Shown here: piece by piece, positions 26,401-39,758 of the stretch | How positions within the stretch are numbered: position 1 is the stretch's first letter | How the letters are laid out: each line of letters opens with the position of its first letter | Assembly: GCA_964016885.1 (NCBI GenBank) | Contig: OZ024742.1 | Location: 38,440,001 to 38,504,000 of the forward strand | Origin: Eledone cirrhosa | Taxonomy: Eukaryota | DNA length: 64,000 nucleotides | Direction of reading: 5' to 3' | The notes under the pieces: model-generated | Database searches by the model: none | What the model was told of the DNA's origin: nothing | What the model saw: the letters and a program-made list of their open reading frames with translations, nothing else | Made by a program: the position numbers and the translations under genes

Positions 26401-26644
26401 AATATATAAACAACTATCTGGTTGTGGAACCAACCAACCAACCAGAAATTTATAAATTCCTAAATTTATAAATTTATTATAATAAATTGAAGTGAAAGCA
26501 ACTGGTGCGTGTGTTTCTTATTGGCAACATGACCCACCCAAAGTATAACAATAAAAATATATATTTGGCGATTAATCACACGTTAAAGACGATCGTCGTT
26601 TTCACTGGATTTTACTTTCACTTCAAAATGTGAAGAAGCTAGAG

Positions 26645-27060
26645 ATGATCTTACCCTTCGCCCCTGAGTAAGAGGTAGCCGTCTCATTCGGAACACCAGA
26701 GTTAGCGGTTCTTTTGCTCTTTCCCACATCCTGGGTGCTGTGGCGAAGGTGAGGGTTACTGCGTCAGTTGTAGAACGTAATAAAATTCTAAAATACTTGG
26801 AATTATCGACAAACTATTTTTTAACCTGTGGCGTTCGAAACGTCTGGGGCACCTGGGCAGCCGACAATGAAATTCTTCTCATTATTAGCGACTCGCCTTA
26901 CCGACGTGTCAGGTGATCCTGACGAGGGTGTTTGGTTATCCATGTTTTAGCATCTTGGATGTAGGAAAGAGCAAAAGAGTTGCTGACTCTGACGTCCCAT
27001 ATGACACATCTACATCCTGCCCATGGACAAAGTGTAAAACCATCTTGTCTCTCCCCAACA
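26645..27060. mobile_element. Degenerate CRE-like REL fragments in both orientations
   Basis: Minus strand reads ERQDGFTLCPWAGCRCVIWDVRVSNSF; plus-strand DNA resembles 5280-5480. Confidence 0.55.
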
Positions 27061-28512
27061 CCCCTAGACATCCAGAATTTTTTCAATTTTATTACAGAAA
27101 AATTCACCTCGAAGAAATACATATACATTATTTTTTTTTAAATACACCAATAAAATTATCTATAGCAGAATATAAGGATAGGAACTTTATAAATATAATG
27201 CACAAAAATATATATGATCAAAGCGAGAGAAAAAAAGACAAAAAAAAAATCATCAATTCACCATTAAGTGCATCAATCGATCACACATCACAAGGGGTCA
27301 ACGGAAATTTTTGAGGCAAGCCAACACGCTCGGAGAAGCGAGCCAGCGCCCGCGTTATAATTGAGTTCAGCATGGTACGACGAGTGAAGCAAACCGAGTT
27401 TTGACGGGAAGACAATCCATAATGACTCGGGGAATCAAAAGGTCAGCTACAACGTCATTTAAATCCCTACAGTCATCAGTTGCAACTCTGATCTCAAACT
27501 GAGTAGGTCATCAATGTTAACCATGGGTAAAGAAAGCATCAATATAGTCTCTGAAGAATGTGGCACTTTGAGTACTGATCAGATTGATCAAAGAGAAAAT
27601 TGAGAGTGTCTCTCGAACACAAGTCGTCCTAGACTTTCTGCTTCAGTCTATCCTGCTCTTCACCAAGAACTGACAAATCCAGCTCACCCCACTGTACTGG
27701 GATTTTATCCACCTCCCTCTTGGCGCTAGTCTATAAATCGCGTTGAAGGCATTTTATGCCGTGATCATGTCACAGCTACATCAGCAACGAAGTGAGAACG
27801 CCAAATACTAGTATTTCGGAATCTTCATTCTTTTTCTGTGATGTTTCGGAATCTTTATTCATCTTCAGTGACGTTTACTCACACGGTACTGAGGCAAAAT
27901 AAGCTGAGAACTTATATATAGATCTTTGCAAATAATGTATTTATGGGGATGCTAATTTGCATATAGTGCATACTTGATGTATTGATAGTATTAATTAGCA
28001 TTGCACTAACATATGAATGTCTCGAAAGTCACAGAGTGAAAAGGAAAAAAAGAATATTAATAGAAAATTTCGAAATTGCCTTGCAGAATCACTGGTTTTG
28101 CAACAACAAGCTCACAGAGAACATATTCGTCATCTGTTGAATGTTGCTGCTGACACCAATGAAAATATAAGATAAGATTGCCTAATCTACCTCTTAATAG
28201 TATCACTGAAAGAAAGTATCCCCGAGTAGCGCTCTGCATACTAAATACATATACAGAAAATGGTCATTTCTGATGCGTTAAACAATATATTAAGCACGTC
28301 CAACATGCCATATACTGACCATTCATGTCCCAAAGTTTGCATATCACCGACTTTTAAAAAAGCCGTCTGATGATATATTTACGTAATCTATTGTCTAATG
28401 CTTCTAAAATGTACATAACAATCATTATTTAATAAATTGAAGTATGAAAATGTAGAACAGCTCACTCACACGTACAATTATATACGCGCGCGCACAAACA
28501 CACATATATATG

Positions 28513-28580
<68 letters not shown>
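28513..28580. repeat. (TAA)n microsatellite; further tracts at 29184-29232, 30505-30551 and 35163-35257
   Basis: Read directly from the sequence. Confidence 0.95.
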
Positions 28581-28581
<1 letters not shown>

Positions 28582-29183
28582 CTTTCTTTATTAACCACAA
28601 GGGTTTACATAAAGTAGACATTAAGGACAGTACAGGACAATACAGGACGGTACAAATGGGCATTTTTGCATGTAAAAAAAAAAAAACAGGATGTAACAAA
28701 AAATAACAATGAAAGATTCCCCAATAGGGGGGAGACTTCCGAGGGACATTTGTGGAGAAAGCCCATTAAAAGGCCACAGTGACCCTGACCACCAGGGCAA
28801 GTGCCCTCTCCCAGTTTTCCACCTTTAATTTACAGACACATACTCAAAGTAGGCCCATTCACTCGGGCCATACTTGCTTCTCTCACCCATCTTTCAACAA
28901 AATGCTGGGAAGAGAGCACTTCCCTCTTTATCCTGATTTTCCTTTTCAAATGAAATTTGAAAAAGTTAATCAGGGCATCACCGAAGAGGTAAGTGCTCGT
29001 CTTCAGCCCTTTCAAACGTGTCCACCATACTATCTCTTTCGCCATGGCCACCAGACAGATAAAAACTGCCTGCCCTTCCCGGCTAAAGGAGGAGGGTGGG
29101 GCAATCCTCACAATGGACTCAGCTGATAGCTGGATCCGTCCTACATGTGACAGCAGGTGTTCGACATAAACCCACAAGTCAGC
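28581..29183 (-). mobile_element. L1/Tx1-like LINE 3' fragment
   Basis: Minus ORF ...AKEIVWWTR...FVERW resembles Tx1/L1 ORF2 C-termini; AATAAA followed by a (TTA)n tail. Confidence 0.5.
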
Positions 29184-29231
<48 letters not shown>

Positions 29232-29236
<5 letters not shown>

Positions 29237-30504
29237 GAACAAAAAAAAAATGAAGGAATTGATAAGATCTGAATACATTCGGAGAGTAAGGAGCGTATTA
29301 AAGTCACATCTGAACAGTAGGAATGCCATAAGTGCAGTAAATTCCCGAGCTGTGTCTATTATTAGGTACAGTGCGGGAATTCTGAGATGGAATGTTGCTG
29401 AACAAAAAGAAATGGATAGGAAGACTAGGAAACTATTGACTATCTACATGTTCCACAAGAGGAGTGATATCGATAGACTCTACTTAAGGAGATCTGAAGG
29501 TGGAAGAGGTTTTATCAGCATAGAGGACTGTGTTCAGATGGAGAAAAACAACCTATACAAATACGTGACTGATAGTAAGGAGCCAATGCTCAGAATTGTA
29601 CTGAAGGAGAGGACAATAGACCAGGGGATGTCCAAGGAGGAAATAACAACAAGGAGAAAGAGCAGCCTTCATGAAAAATCCCTTCATAGTACCTTCTTTG
29701 AGAAAACTGAATTCAGAGATCCACAGACATGGAACTGGTTGAAAAGAGGAGACCTTAAAAAGGCTACAGAAGGAATGCTAATGGCTGCGCATGAGCAGGC
29801 CCTAAAAACGAAGTGGTTGAAACACCATATTTACAAGGAGGAGGCTAGCCCACTGTGCAGGATCTGTGGAGAGAGAGAGGAGACTGTGGCTCACATTGTA
29901 TCCGAGTGTAAACACCTAGCCCAGACTCACTATAAAGGCTGGAGACATGATGTGATGGGCAGGGTGATCCACTGGCACCTATGCAAAGTAAACAATTTAC
30001 CACATTCTGAGAAGTGGTATGAGCATAAGCCAGAGTCGGTGATAGAAAACGATCAGGTGAAGGTGCTGTGGGATTTTAGGATACAGACGGACAAGAAACT
30101 GGAACATAATAGACCTGACCTGGTGGTTTTGGACACGGAAAAAAGATCGTGCTTGATTGTGGATGTGGCCTGTCCATTCGATATAAGAGTGCAAGAGAAG
30201 AAGAGGGAGAAAATTAACCGATACCAGGACTTAAAGTGGGAGGTAAAAAGGATTTGGAACTGCCATGAAGTCAAAGTGATCCCGATTGTCATAGGCGCAC
30301 TAGGTACTATCTCAAAAAGTTTCCAGGGATGGTTAAAGAAAATTGGCCCCGCCCCGCTTTTTGGAACGCTTCAAAAGGCATGCTTGCTGGGAACAGCAAG
30401 AACCCTCCGATACATCCTGAATATCTGAGGCTGCAGGTAGTGGCTTGATATTCATTTCAACAAACTTTCCAGTTAACTAACATCAATGACTGAGATTCAA
30501 AGAA
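29232..30504 (+). mobile_element. Dong/R4-clade LINE 3' fragment
   Basis: CRIC-x8-H-x4-C knuckle, RPDLVV..IVDVACP..KINRY REL motif, (TAA)n flanks. Confidence 0.88.
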
Positions 30505-30505
30505 C

Positions 30506-30580
<75 letters not shown>

Positions 30581-30587
30581 AAGAAGA

Positions 30588-32400
30588 ATGAGGCACCATG
30601 TCAAATGCCTTTCTGTAGTCTATCCATCCCATGGCAAGATCAGTGTGTCTCCTCCTGCAATTCCCCATTACCATCTTATCAATAAGTAACTGGTCCTTTG
30701 TACCACGTGACTTCTTTCGGCATCCTTTCTGTTCGTCCGGTAACAAGTTGTTTGTGTGGAGGTGATGGTAGATTTCCTCAGACACAATGCTCGTCAACAG
30801 TTTCCACATTACGGACAGACATGTGATAGGTCTATAGTTGGTAACATCATTACCCTTGATTCGGTCTTTCATTATCAGAACTGTGGTACCTTTTGTCAAC
30901 CACTCTGGCACCTCACCCGACACCAAGCAGTCATTGAACATGGCCGTCAGCTTCGGGTGGAGGGATGTTAAATGTTTAATCCAATACCCCTGCACACCAT
31001 CTGGGCCTGGTGATTTCCAGTTGGTTAGTTTTTTGGCCTACCCCTTAAGAGTTTCAACTGTGATACTCAAATCAGTTTGTTGTTGTGCCTGCTCACCGAT
31101 CTCCCTCTGTACTGTCTTAATCCACCCTGCCTGGACATTATGTCTAACATCCTGCTCCCATATTCCTCTCCAGAATGTTTTAGTTTGCTCCGCCCCAGGG
31201 ATCAAGTCGTTGCCTCTTTCTTTCCCCTCAAGCTGTCCAAACAGCATCTTCTGGTTGTTGTCGAACATGCGGTTCTGTTTATACTGACTGACTGTTCTCG
31301 TATCGCCTGATTTTTGCACTCTTTGCTACAATGCGTTGCTTCAGTTCCTCTATGATAATATTTAGCTTTTTCCTCCTAGTTTTGTATTTTATTTCTAGTC
31401 TATTTTTAGTGCCTATGTTTTTTAGTGTCCCATTCAGTAGTGACTCAAGCTTTCCTATGTCATTTCTTATTTCCCCGATTTGCCCACTCAGTCGCTTCTT
31501 CCACCACGGCTCTGCTCTTTCTTGTCTGTTGTTTCCTCTCGCTTTTATACCAAGTAGTTTCCTCACCGTATTTGCTGTTGCTTTGAGGATATTGTTGCAC
31601 TGGTGAAGGCTCCTCGCCTCAAGGTATGGGATGACTTTGTTTACCTTAGCTGTTGTTTCTTTTAACTTTTTCCTGTCTACAAATCTTAGGTTCATAGGTC
31701 TCCCACTATCATTGTTCAATTCATCTACCACTAAATTTAGGATGTCAACCGAATCTTGTCCTAGCCCGTCAGCATTCATCTCCTCAGTGGCCGTATCTCT
31801 GTTCCAGGTATTATTTATCTCAGTATTCAGATCATTGTCTGCTTCGGGTGGTTCCTCCGTTCTCAGGACCTCTTCACCTTCATTTCCCACTGGCTCGCTT
31901 GTCTGGCATACTACACCCGCCATCTCCAAGCCATTCTCTCTGCTCAGTTCCTCCAGTTCCAGCTCGCTTATCCACCCATTAGTTCTTATTACCCGAGCCT
32001 GCCCGGCCAATTTTTGTTCATCTAATTTAAATAAACCAATCTCGTTCCAGATGTTATGCATCCGTCTCCTGTAGCCCCTCTCCTTGGGGTTACTTTTCAG
32101 GTAACATTGCATAACAGTTCTATTCAATTCTTTCGTCCAGTTGGTTCTGGCCCCTTTCCTTCTTCTCCTTCCTCCAACATCAGCAGTATTTGGTTGACAG
32201 TCAGGTTCCTGCTGCTGAGCCAGGGGGCACCTGTTGGGTGAGAGTCTGTCACATGACGTTCTAGTCTCCATTTCACCGTTATTCGAACTGTTTATGTTCG
32301 ATATTTAAACACTCTTATCGAGGATTGGCGAATGTATGGTTACATAGCCATCTGTGGATCCGCCATTCCACTTGGCCCTTGTGTGGCATTATCACCACGC
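30588..32400 (-). mobile_element. Inverted 5' half of a Dong/R4 LINE
   Basis: N-terminal ORF from 32271, then NYRPITCL, DEQKGC, WIDYRKAFDMVPHS; disrupted near 31285. Confidence 0.88.
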
Positions 32401-33397
32401 TGTATACGAACACACATAAACAAACAAACACGCAGGCAGAAAGGGCCCCAAAAATGAATAAGCATAAGTTTCATTGTAATGTAGTGTTCGAATGTCTGAC
32501 TTAGTTTTTGTTTTTTAAGTTTTAGTTCCCCCCCCCTCTTCTCTGTCCGTCCGCCTGCTTCTCTCTTCATTCTTATTTTCTTTACGTTTTTTTTTTTTGG
32601 GGGGGGGGGGTTGTTTTTGTTTTTGTTTTTGTTTTTGTTTTTGTTTTTGTTTTTCTCTGTTTGTTTTTCTCGTTTTTTGCTGTTGTTGCTGTGCTGCTTT
32701 GGTTTTGTTGTTTGTTTTTTCTTTTTTCTTTTGAGTCTATCTATATATTTTGATGCCTTCCTCTTTTTTAGCAGTAGGGATTCTATAATGTGGTGGCAGC
32801 AGCCAGCTGGGATAAGTGTAAGACTGGCGGCGGTAGCGATACTGAGACAGTGGTGGTGGTGATGTCGATACCGAGGCAGTGGTGGCGGTGATGTGACCGT
32901 ATTACTGTAGTGATGGTGCTGTAGCGGTGGTAGCAGTGAAGGAGTGAAGGGGTGGTGGCGGCGGTGATGGGATAATGGTGGTAATGATGGCCGTAGTGAG
33001 CGGTGGTGGTGAAAATGCCGTTATCTGGCTGTTGTGTTTAGTGTACACAGGTGATGGGGTGGGTGGTGTATCTAGTTTCTGGTGTTGGTGAGTTTGGCTG
33101 TTCTATATAGTGTAGACAGAGGAGAGGAGGGGGGGGGGTTCTTCTTCCATTTATAGCCATTTTCTTTTTTGGATATACAGTGTACAATACAAAGTTGAAT
33201 ATTTGAATATTTGAGCCTTATAACAATATATTTTGGGTCCGAATTTTTTTGGGCTCAAGCCGGGTGCTTTACGTAGCATTTGTACTAAGAGTTGTTATTT
33301 CACAAATGATTTAAATATGTTAAAAATTCAAAACTTACGGGAGCGATTTCATGACCTCCGCCACCTCGTGTGTCTTCTTCCCTTATTCCCTTCCTAA

Positions 33398-35165
33398 GCC
33401 TGGAGATCTTCAGGGTGGCAGATAACATCAGACAGTTGCTAGGCAGGAGTATGGGGTCCTGGGAGACAGAGTTGACATCAACTGGAGTATCCTTGGGAAG
33501 CGTGAAGATCAAGAGAGGTATCTTCCAGGGAGATAGCCTGTCCCCTCTGTTGTTTGTCCTTGCCCTGATGCCCTTGACCATTATGCTGCGAAAAGTGAGA
33601 GCAGGATACAAGTTGGGAAGGGGAGAGCTTACCATCAATCACCTCCTCTTCATGGACGATCTTAAGCTCTTCGGGAAAAGTGAGAAGGAGTTGGATGTGT
33701 TTGTTGACACTGTCCGTATTTTCAGCAGTGATATATGTATGCAGTTTGGTATTGGTAAATGTGGAGTTATTGTGATGAGGAGGGGTAGGTTGAGCAGAAG
33801 TAACGGGATCCAGATACCAACAGGTGAGATGATAAAGGAAATTGACTCTGAGGAAGGATACAAGTATTTGGGCGTTCTGGAGGCTGATGGCATAAAGAAC
33901 AAAAAAATGAAGGAATTGTTAAGAACTGAATACATTCGGAGAGTAAGGAGCGTATTGAAGTCACATCTGAACAGCAGAAATGCCATAAGCGCAGTAAATT
34001 CCCGAGCTGTGTCTATTATTAGGTACAGTGCGGGAATTCTGAGATGGAATGTTGCTGAACAAAAAGAAATGGATAGGAAGACTAGGAAGCTATTGACTAT
34101 CTACAACATGTTCCACAAGAGGAGTGATGTCGATAGACTCTACCTAAGGAGATCTGAGGGTGGAAGAGGTCTTATCAGCATAGAGGACTGTGTTCAGATG
34201 GAGAAAAACAACCTATACAAATACGTGACCTATAGTAAGGAGCCAATGCTCAGAACTGTACTGAAGGAGGGAACAGTAGGCCAGGGGATGTCCAAGGAGG
34301 AAATAACATCAAGGAGGAAGAGCAGCCTTAAGGGAAAATCCCTTCATAGTACCTTCTTTGAGAAAACTGAATTTAGAGATCCACAGACATGGAACTGGTT
34401 GAGAAGAGGAGACCTCAAAAAGGCTACAGAAGGAATGCTAATGGCTGCGCAGGAGCAGGCCCTCAAAACGAAGTGGTTGAAGCACCATATTTACAAGGAG
34501 GAGGCTAGCCCACTGTGCAGGATCTGTGGAGAGAGAGAGGAGACTGTGGCTCACATTGTGTCCGAGTGTAAACACCTAGCCCAGACCCACTATAAGGGCT
34601 GGAGACACGATGTGATGGGCAGGGTGATCCACTGCCACCTGTGCAAAGTAAACAATTTACCACATTCTGAGAAATGGTATGAGCATAGGCCAGAGGCGGT
34701 GATGGAGAACAATCAGGTGAAGGTGCTGTGGGATTTTAGGATACAGACGGACAAAAAACTGGAACACAATAGACCTGACCTGGTGGTTGTGGACAAAGAA
34801 AAAAGATCGTGTCTGATTGTGGATGTGGCCTGCCCGTTCGACACGCGAGTGCAAGAGAAGGAGAGGGAGAAAATTAACCGATACCAGGACCTAAAGTGGG
34901 AGGTTAAAAGGATTTGGAACTGCCATGAAGTCAAAGTGATCCCGATTGTCATAGGCGCACTGGGGACTATCTCCAAAAGTTTCCAGAGATGATTAAAGAA
35001 AATCGGCCCCTTCACGCTTTTTGGAACGCTTCAAAAGGCATGCTTGCTTGGAACAGCAAGAACCCTCCGATACGTCCTGAATATCTGAGGCTGCAGGTAG
35101 TGGCTTGATATTCAATCCAACGGACTTTCCAGTTAACCAACATCAATGACTGAGATTCAAGGAAT
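33398..35165 (+). mobile_element. 3' half of a Dong/R4 LINE (RT + REL)
   Basis: GIFQGDSLSPLLF, HLLFMDDLK, YKYLG, CCHC, RPD motifs; premature TGA at 34990; (TAA)n tail. Confidence 0.9.
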
Positions 35166-35196
35166 AACAACAATAATAATAATAATAATAATAATA

Positions 35197-35260
<64 letters not shown>

Positions 35261-35670
35261 TCCAAATAAAATTTAGCAATAGAGTGCTTCATATCTGTTA
35301 GAAACATAATTCTGTTGAATACTTATCAACAAAGCACATAACTCATTGTTTATATATATGTGTTTGTGTGTGTGGGGGGGGGGGGGAGAGAGAGAATTAG
35401 AATTTAGCTTCAGGCATAATTGTATACAGATATGTACTGGAATTTCATATTTCTAAAGAACTACGTTATGTTTAAAATAAACATTTAGAGAGCCGTAGTT
35501 ATGCTAAAACACCAGCGGCTAACGCCGTCTGGAGGTGTCCAGCAGAAGCAAGGGGAACAATAGCCTATGCGCATTTCGAACTGAACTGGTACTCATTAGG
35601 ATGATCCCTCCCACTCTTGCAACTGCTGGACTTTGAAAACAGGCGAGAATATATGGTTTTCTCCTCTGTG

Positions 35671-35741
<71 letters not shown>

Positions 35742-35747
<6 letters not shown>

Positions 35748-36066
35748 AAATAAAATAAAACAAGGACGATTGGTTACTCCTTCATTACGTTTATTGGTTG
35801 GTGACGCGCGTTTTTCCTTTACCATTGTAAGGGGTCTGACGAACCGCGGATTACAGAGTCGGGCTAGATCGATACAGATCGAAACTGATCAGTGGCGAAA
35901 CGCGCGTCACCAACCAATAAACGTAATGAAGAAGTAACCAATCGTCCTTGTTTTATTTTATTTTACTATAATACACTCTGTCTAGCTTTACACCTCGACA
36001 CAGAAGTGAACCTAAACATCGAGTGCTCACCCGGGTGAACCTACAGTAATTCCAAGTTACACTGCC

Positions 36067-36070
<4 letters not shown>
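35742..36070 (+). mobile_element. PLE terminal remnant with inverted repeat and hammerhead
   Basis: 35742-35813 is the inverse of 35898-35969; ggt CTGACGA ... GAAA cgcgcg TC acc at 35833-35911. Confidence 0.65.
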
Positions 36071-36115
<45 letters not shown>

Positions 36116-36984
36116 ATGAAACACTTTAGCTAATAAATTATTTCTACAATTACATTTTGGTTTAGTATCATTTATGTTAACTCTATTATTAGGATCATTA
36201 TGCTGGTTTGGTTTTAGGATTTTAGTGTTTAATTTGGCAATGTTTAACGCTCTTGACACCTCTTTCCCTACTCAACATACCATTCCATTTTTAATAGACA
36301 TACCATTAAATTCTCACATTCTACAACTATGAACATGGCCCAAAACATTGCCAAATTAAACCCTAAAATCCTAAAACCAAACCAGCATAATGATCCTAAT
36401 AATAGAGTTAACATAAATGATACTAAACCAAAATGTAATTGTAGAAATAAAACTGATTGTCCTTTGCAAAATAATTGTCTAGATAGTAATTTGGTTTATA
36501 AATGCACCGTAAAAACTGATCACAACACATACAACTACATAGGATCAACCTCTTCGACATTCAAAGCCCGATTTGCGAACCATAAATGCTCATTCTCGAA
36601 CTCTAAGAGGAAATCATCCACGTCTTTATCACAGCTCATATGGTCATTAAAAGAGAAGAATTAAAAATACTCCATTCTTTGGACAAAACTTCGGAACTGT
36701 GGAATTTACCGCAACTCTAGTATATCAAATAACTGCGCGCTCTGTACAATGGAGACCCTGTTGATTATTAATAACTATGAGACCCTAATTAACAAAAAAA
36801 GTGAATTATTCTCTAGTTGCCTCCATTAAGCTACGTCCACTTTTTTAGCCTCCCAGAAAACGAGAAAAAAAAAGAGAGAATAACATTAAACCATTAATAA
36901 CTTGGTTGCCAGGAATATATAATCAACAGGGAAAACATGAATGGCCTTTAATATTGCTTTATCTTATAGCTATCTATAGAAGAA

Positions 36985-37200
36985 ATAATTGTTTCTACTT
37001 TAGGCACAAGGCCAGCAATTACGCAGTGCATTACTGGTACTTTATTTTATCGACCCCGTAAGGATGAAAGGCAAAGTTAACCTCGGCGGGATTTGAACTC
37101 AGATCGTAAAGGGACGTTTCTATCTATAGAAGAAATAATTGTTTCTACTTTAGGCACAAGGCCAGCAATTAACCAGTACATTACTGGTACTTTATTTTAT
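36985..37200 (-). mobile_element. Two tandem truncated SINE A copies
   Basis: Separated by repeated ctatctatagaagaaataat. Confidence 0.75.
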
Positions 37201-37731
37201 AAGAAATAATGCTCGAATGAAAGACACTTGTTCAATAACATGCCGGAACATTGATACACATAACATTATTTTATTAACTTTGATCAATACCATTATTTCT
37301 TTATTTCTTTATTTCTCTATCTATCTTCCTATCTATGTTTTAAAGTTTAGTTTAATACCCAACCCATACATCTTTACGGAACTTATCTATAACTGTGAAT
37401 TTTTAATGCATTTTTGATCTCTTTTAAATTTTAGTTTAATACCCAACCCATACATCTTTACGGAACTTATCTATAACTGTGAATTTTTAATGTGTTTTTG
37501 ATCTCTTATTTATAGTATAATATAATATAGTATATTATAATATGTATGTAATTATATTTTTATATATTTTTAAATATACCTACTGCACTTTAAAATCTAA
37601 AATTTAAAACAGATTCAAACTTATATATAAATGTGAATTTTTTGGTGCATTTTTGATCTCTTATTTATAATATAATGTATTATAATATGTATGTAATTAT
37701 ATATTATATTTTATATATTTTTAAATATACC

Positions 37732-38452
37732 TTTAGCAGCGTAGTATATAAATGTTATTGAGACACGAGTAACATAATAATGATGTCAACAGCAGAAATT
37801 AGAGATGAAATGTATGTTTATTTTTGTTGTAGCACAAATAATTGTTTCTACTTTAGGCACAAGGCAAGCAATTACCCAGTGCATTACTGGTACTTTATTT
37901 TATCGACCCCGTAAGGATGAAAGGCAAAGTCAACCTCGGCGGGATTTGAACTCAGATCGTAAAGGGACGTAACTATGCTGGAAAGCATGGCGTCCGACCC
38001 TCTACCGATACTGCCAATCCACCGCCGTTTCTATCTATAGAAGAAATAATGCTCGAATGAAAGACACTTATTCAATAACATGCCGGAACATTGATACACA
38101 TAACATTATTTTATTAACTTTGATCAATACCAACAATATTTGTAGCACAAATAATGTTTGTTAACTTGTATGGTTGAAGTTACACATAAAATGAGGTTAC
38201 AAAAGGGAATGTGCCATTGTGCCAGGCCCAAGGAAAGCCGGCAGACCAAAGTGCAAAATCTCACCGTCACATGTTGTACGTGTTGCTGATTCGAAGTTCC
38301 GTGTGCGAGAGAGAGATTCTTCAAATCTTCGCGGGGAATTTCTCCCTCAGGGCGCGTAGGGATACATCCTCTTCTACTGGCGTTGATTGGCTGAGCTGAG
38401 CCAAATCACGCACAGAGAATGTATGTGAGCCCGCGGAATGTAGGTCACTACA
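37732..38452 (-). mobile_element. Solo LTR of the 14908 family (short form), interrupted by a SINE A
   Basis: Reverse complement of 14908-~15306; TSD TACC at 37728-37731 and 38453-38456. Confidence 0.85.
37841..38026 (-). mobile_element. Full-length SINE A
   Basis: Head GGCGGTGGATTGGCAG, GAGTTCAAATCC B box; insert bounded by duplicated ttgtagcacaaataat. Confidence 0.85.
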
Positions 38453-39709
38453 TACCTACCGCATTTCTATATCCATGATTCAAATATAGAGAAAATATCC
38501 AAACTAAAAATTATTATAGACATTATTTTGAACTCTGAATTATCCATGCACTTATTATTGTTTTTCTTATATAAATATATGTATTTAAATGTAACATGTT
38601 GAACTCTATTTTATAAAATTATAACCGTTATCATTTACCTAAAGTATACTGCACCACTAATACCTAATATATATCTATATATACCTCCCTATATCTTCCT
38701 ATACATAATATTTAGTTAACTTCTAAATTTCTTGATTATGTATACTCTGAACTAAGAATAATTAATGCATTTACACCCCGTTGTATATAGGTGTATATTT
38801 AACCTTAACATACCTCAATCTATTATTTTATTTTTATTTTCGTTATCATTTACCTAAAATATACTGGCTCATTAATATATATCTATATACATAATCGTTA
38901 TTTAAATATTTCTAACAATAAATACTTCACAAGCTTTACATACCTAATATGTTGGTATCTTCGTTAAAGAATAATTAATGCATTTACACCCTGTTATATA
39001 TAGGTGTATATTTAACCTTAACATGCCTCAATCTATTATTTTATTTTTATCTTCGTCGTTATTATTTACCTAAAATATACTGGCTCATTAATATATATCT
39101 ATATACATAATCGTTATTTAAATATGTCTAACAATAAGTACTTCAAAAGCTTTACATACCTAATATGTTGGTATCTTTGTTAAAGTTTAAATTTAGGAAA
39201 ATAATCAACAGTATAAAATTTCATTCTTGATGTGCCAGCTAAATCCTTTAAATGTTACCCTCATAAAACTCAGAAGCTTAGAAATGTTAACACACTTATA
39301 GAATTTATAAAACTAATATATAAATAACCAGCAAAAAAATCCTGAAATCTTGATTCTTCACCCTAAAATTATGAATTAAATATTTTCAAAATTAACCGTT
39401 TAACTTTCGGGAAAAATCTCCTTCTGCATATATCAATCACCCCCCCCCCCCCTTATCTTTCCCCAGGGGCTATCACTGGCTGTTATGATTCATGAGATGT
39501 TTTCCTAGATAAATTGTAGTATCATACATTTTAAAATCTCTATAACTGTTACATTAAGCAACGTTTTTCTTACTCACACATTCTCTATTGAATTTATTAC
39601 ATTTTCGCATTTTCTCATAATTAGGGTTTAAATGTTAAATTTTCTCTTAGGTTAATCACTACCTTCATTAAATCTTAACCATTTAACATCTCAGGGTATG
39701 TCATGTATC

Positions 39710-39758
39710 ATTATATTTTGTCTGATGAGGATGTACTGTTGTACATCCGAAATATATA
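39710..39758 (+). ncRNA. Hammerhead ribozyme, 5' part (3' part at 45131-45144)
   Basis: attatattttgt CTGATGA ggatgtac-tgtt-gtacatcc GAAA tatata [Gypsy] TA ataaaatgtaat. Confidence 0.8.

Larger units (their letters stand above)
23399..26553 (+). mobile_element. Penelope-like element, 5'-truncated, with an inverted copy of its 3' end
   Basis: 23399-~24030 is the reverse complement of ~25920-26553; RT plus GIY-YIG ORF; hammerhead in both terminal repeats. Confidence 0.92.

Noticed and set aside
32270-32490. Possible HDV-like ribozyme upstream of the Dong/R4 ORF (minus strand)
   Set aside because: P1-, P2- and P4-like pairings and TCCTCG are visible, but P3, the P1.1 GG and the catalytic C could not be placed.
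37321-39185. Tandem duplications in AT-rich DNA (e.g. ~38750-38965 and 38965-39185)
   Set aside because: Ordinary local duplications within the PLE tail; no spacers or motifs.
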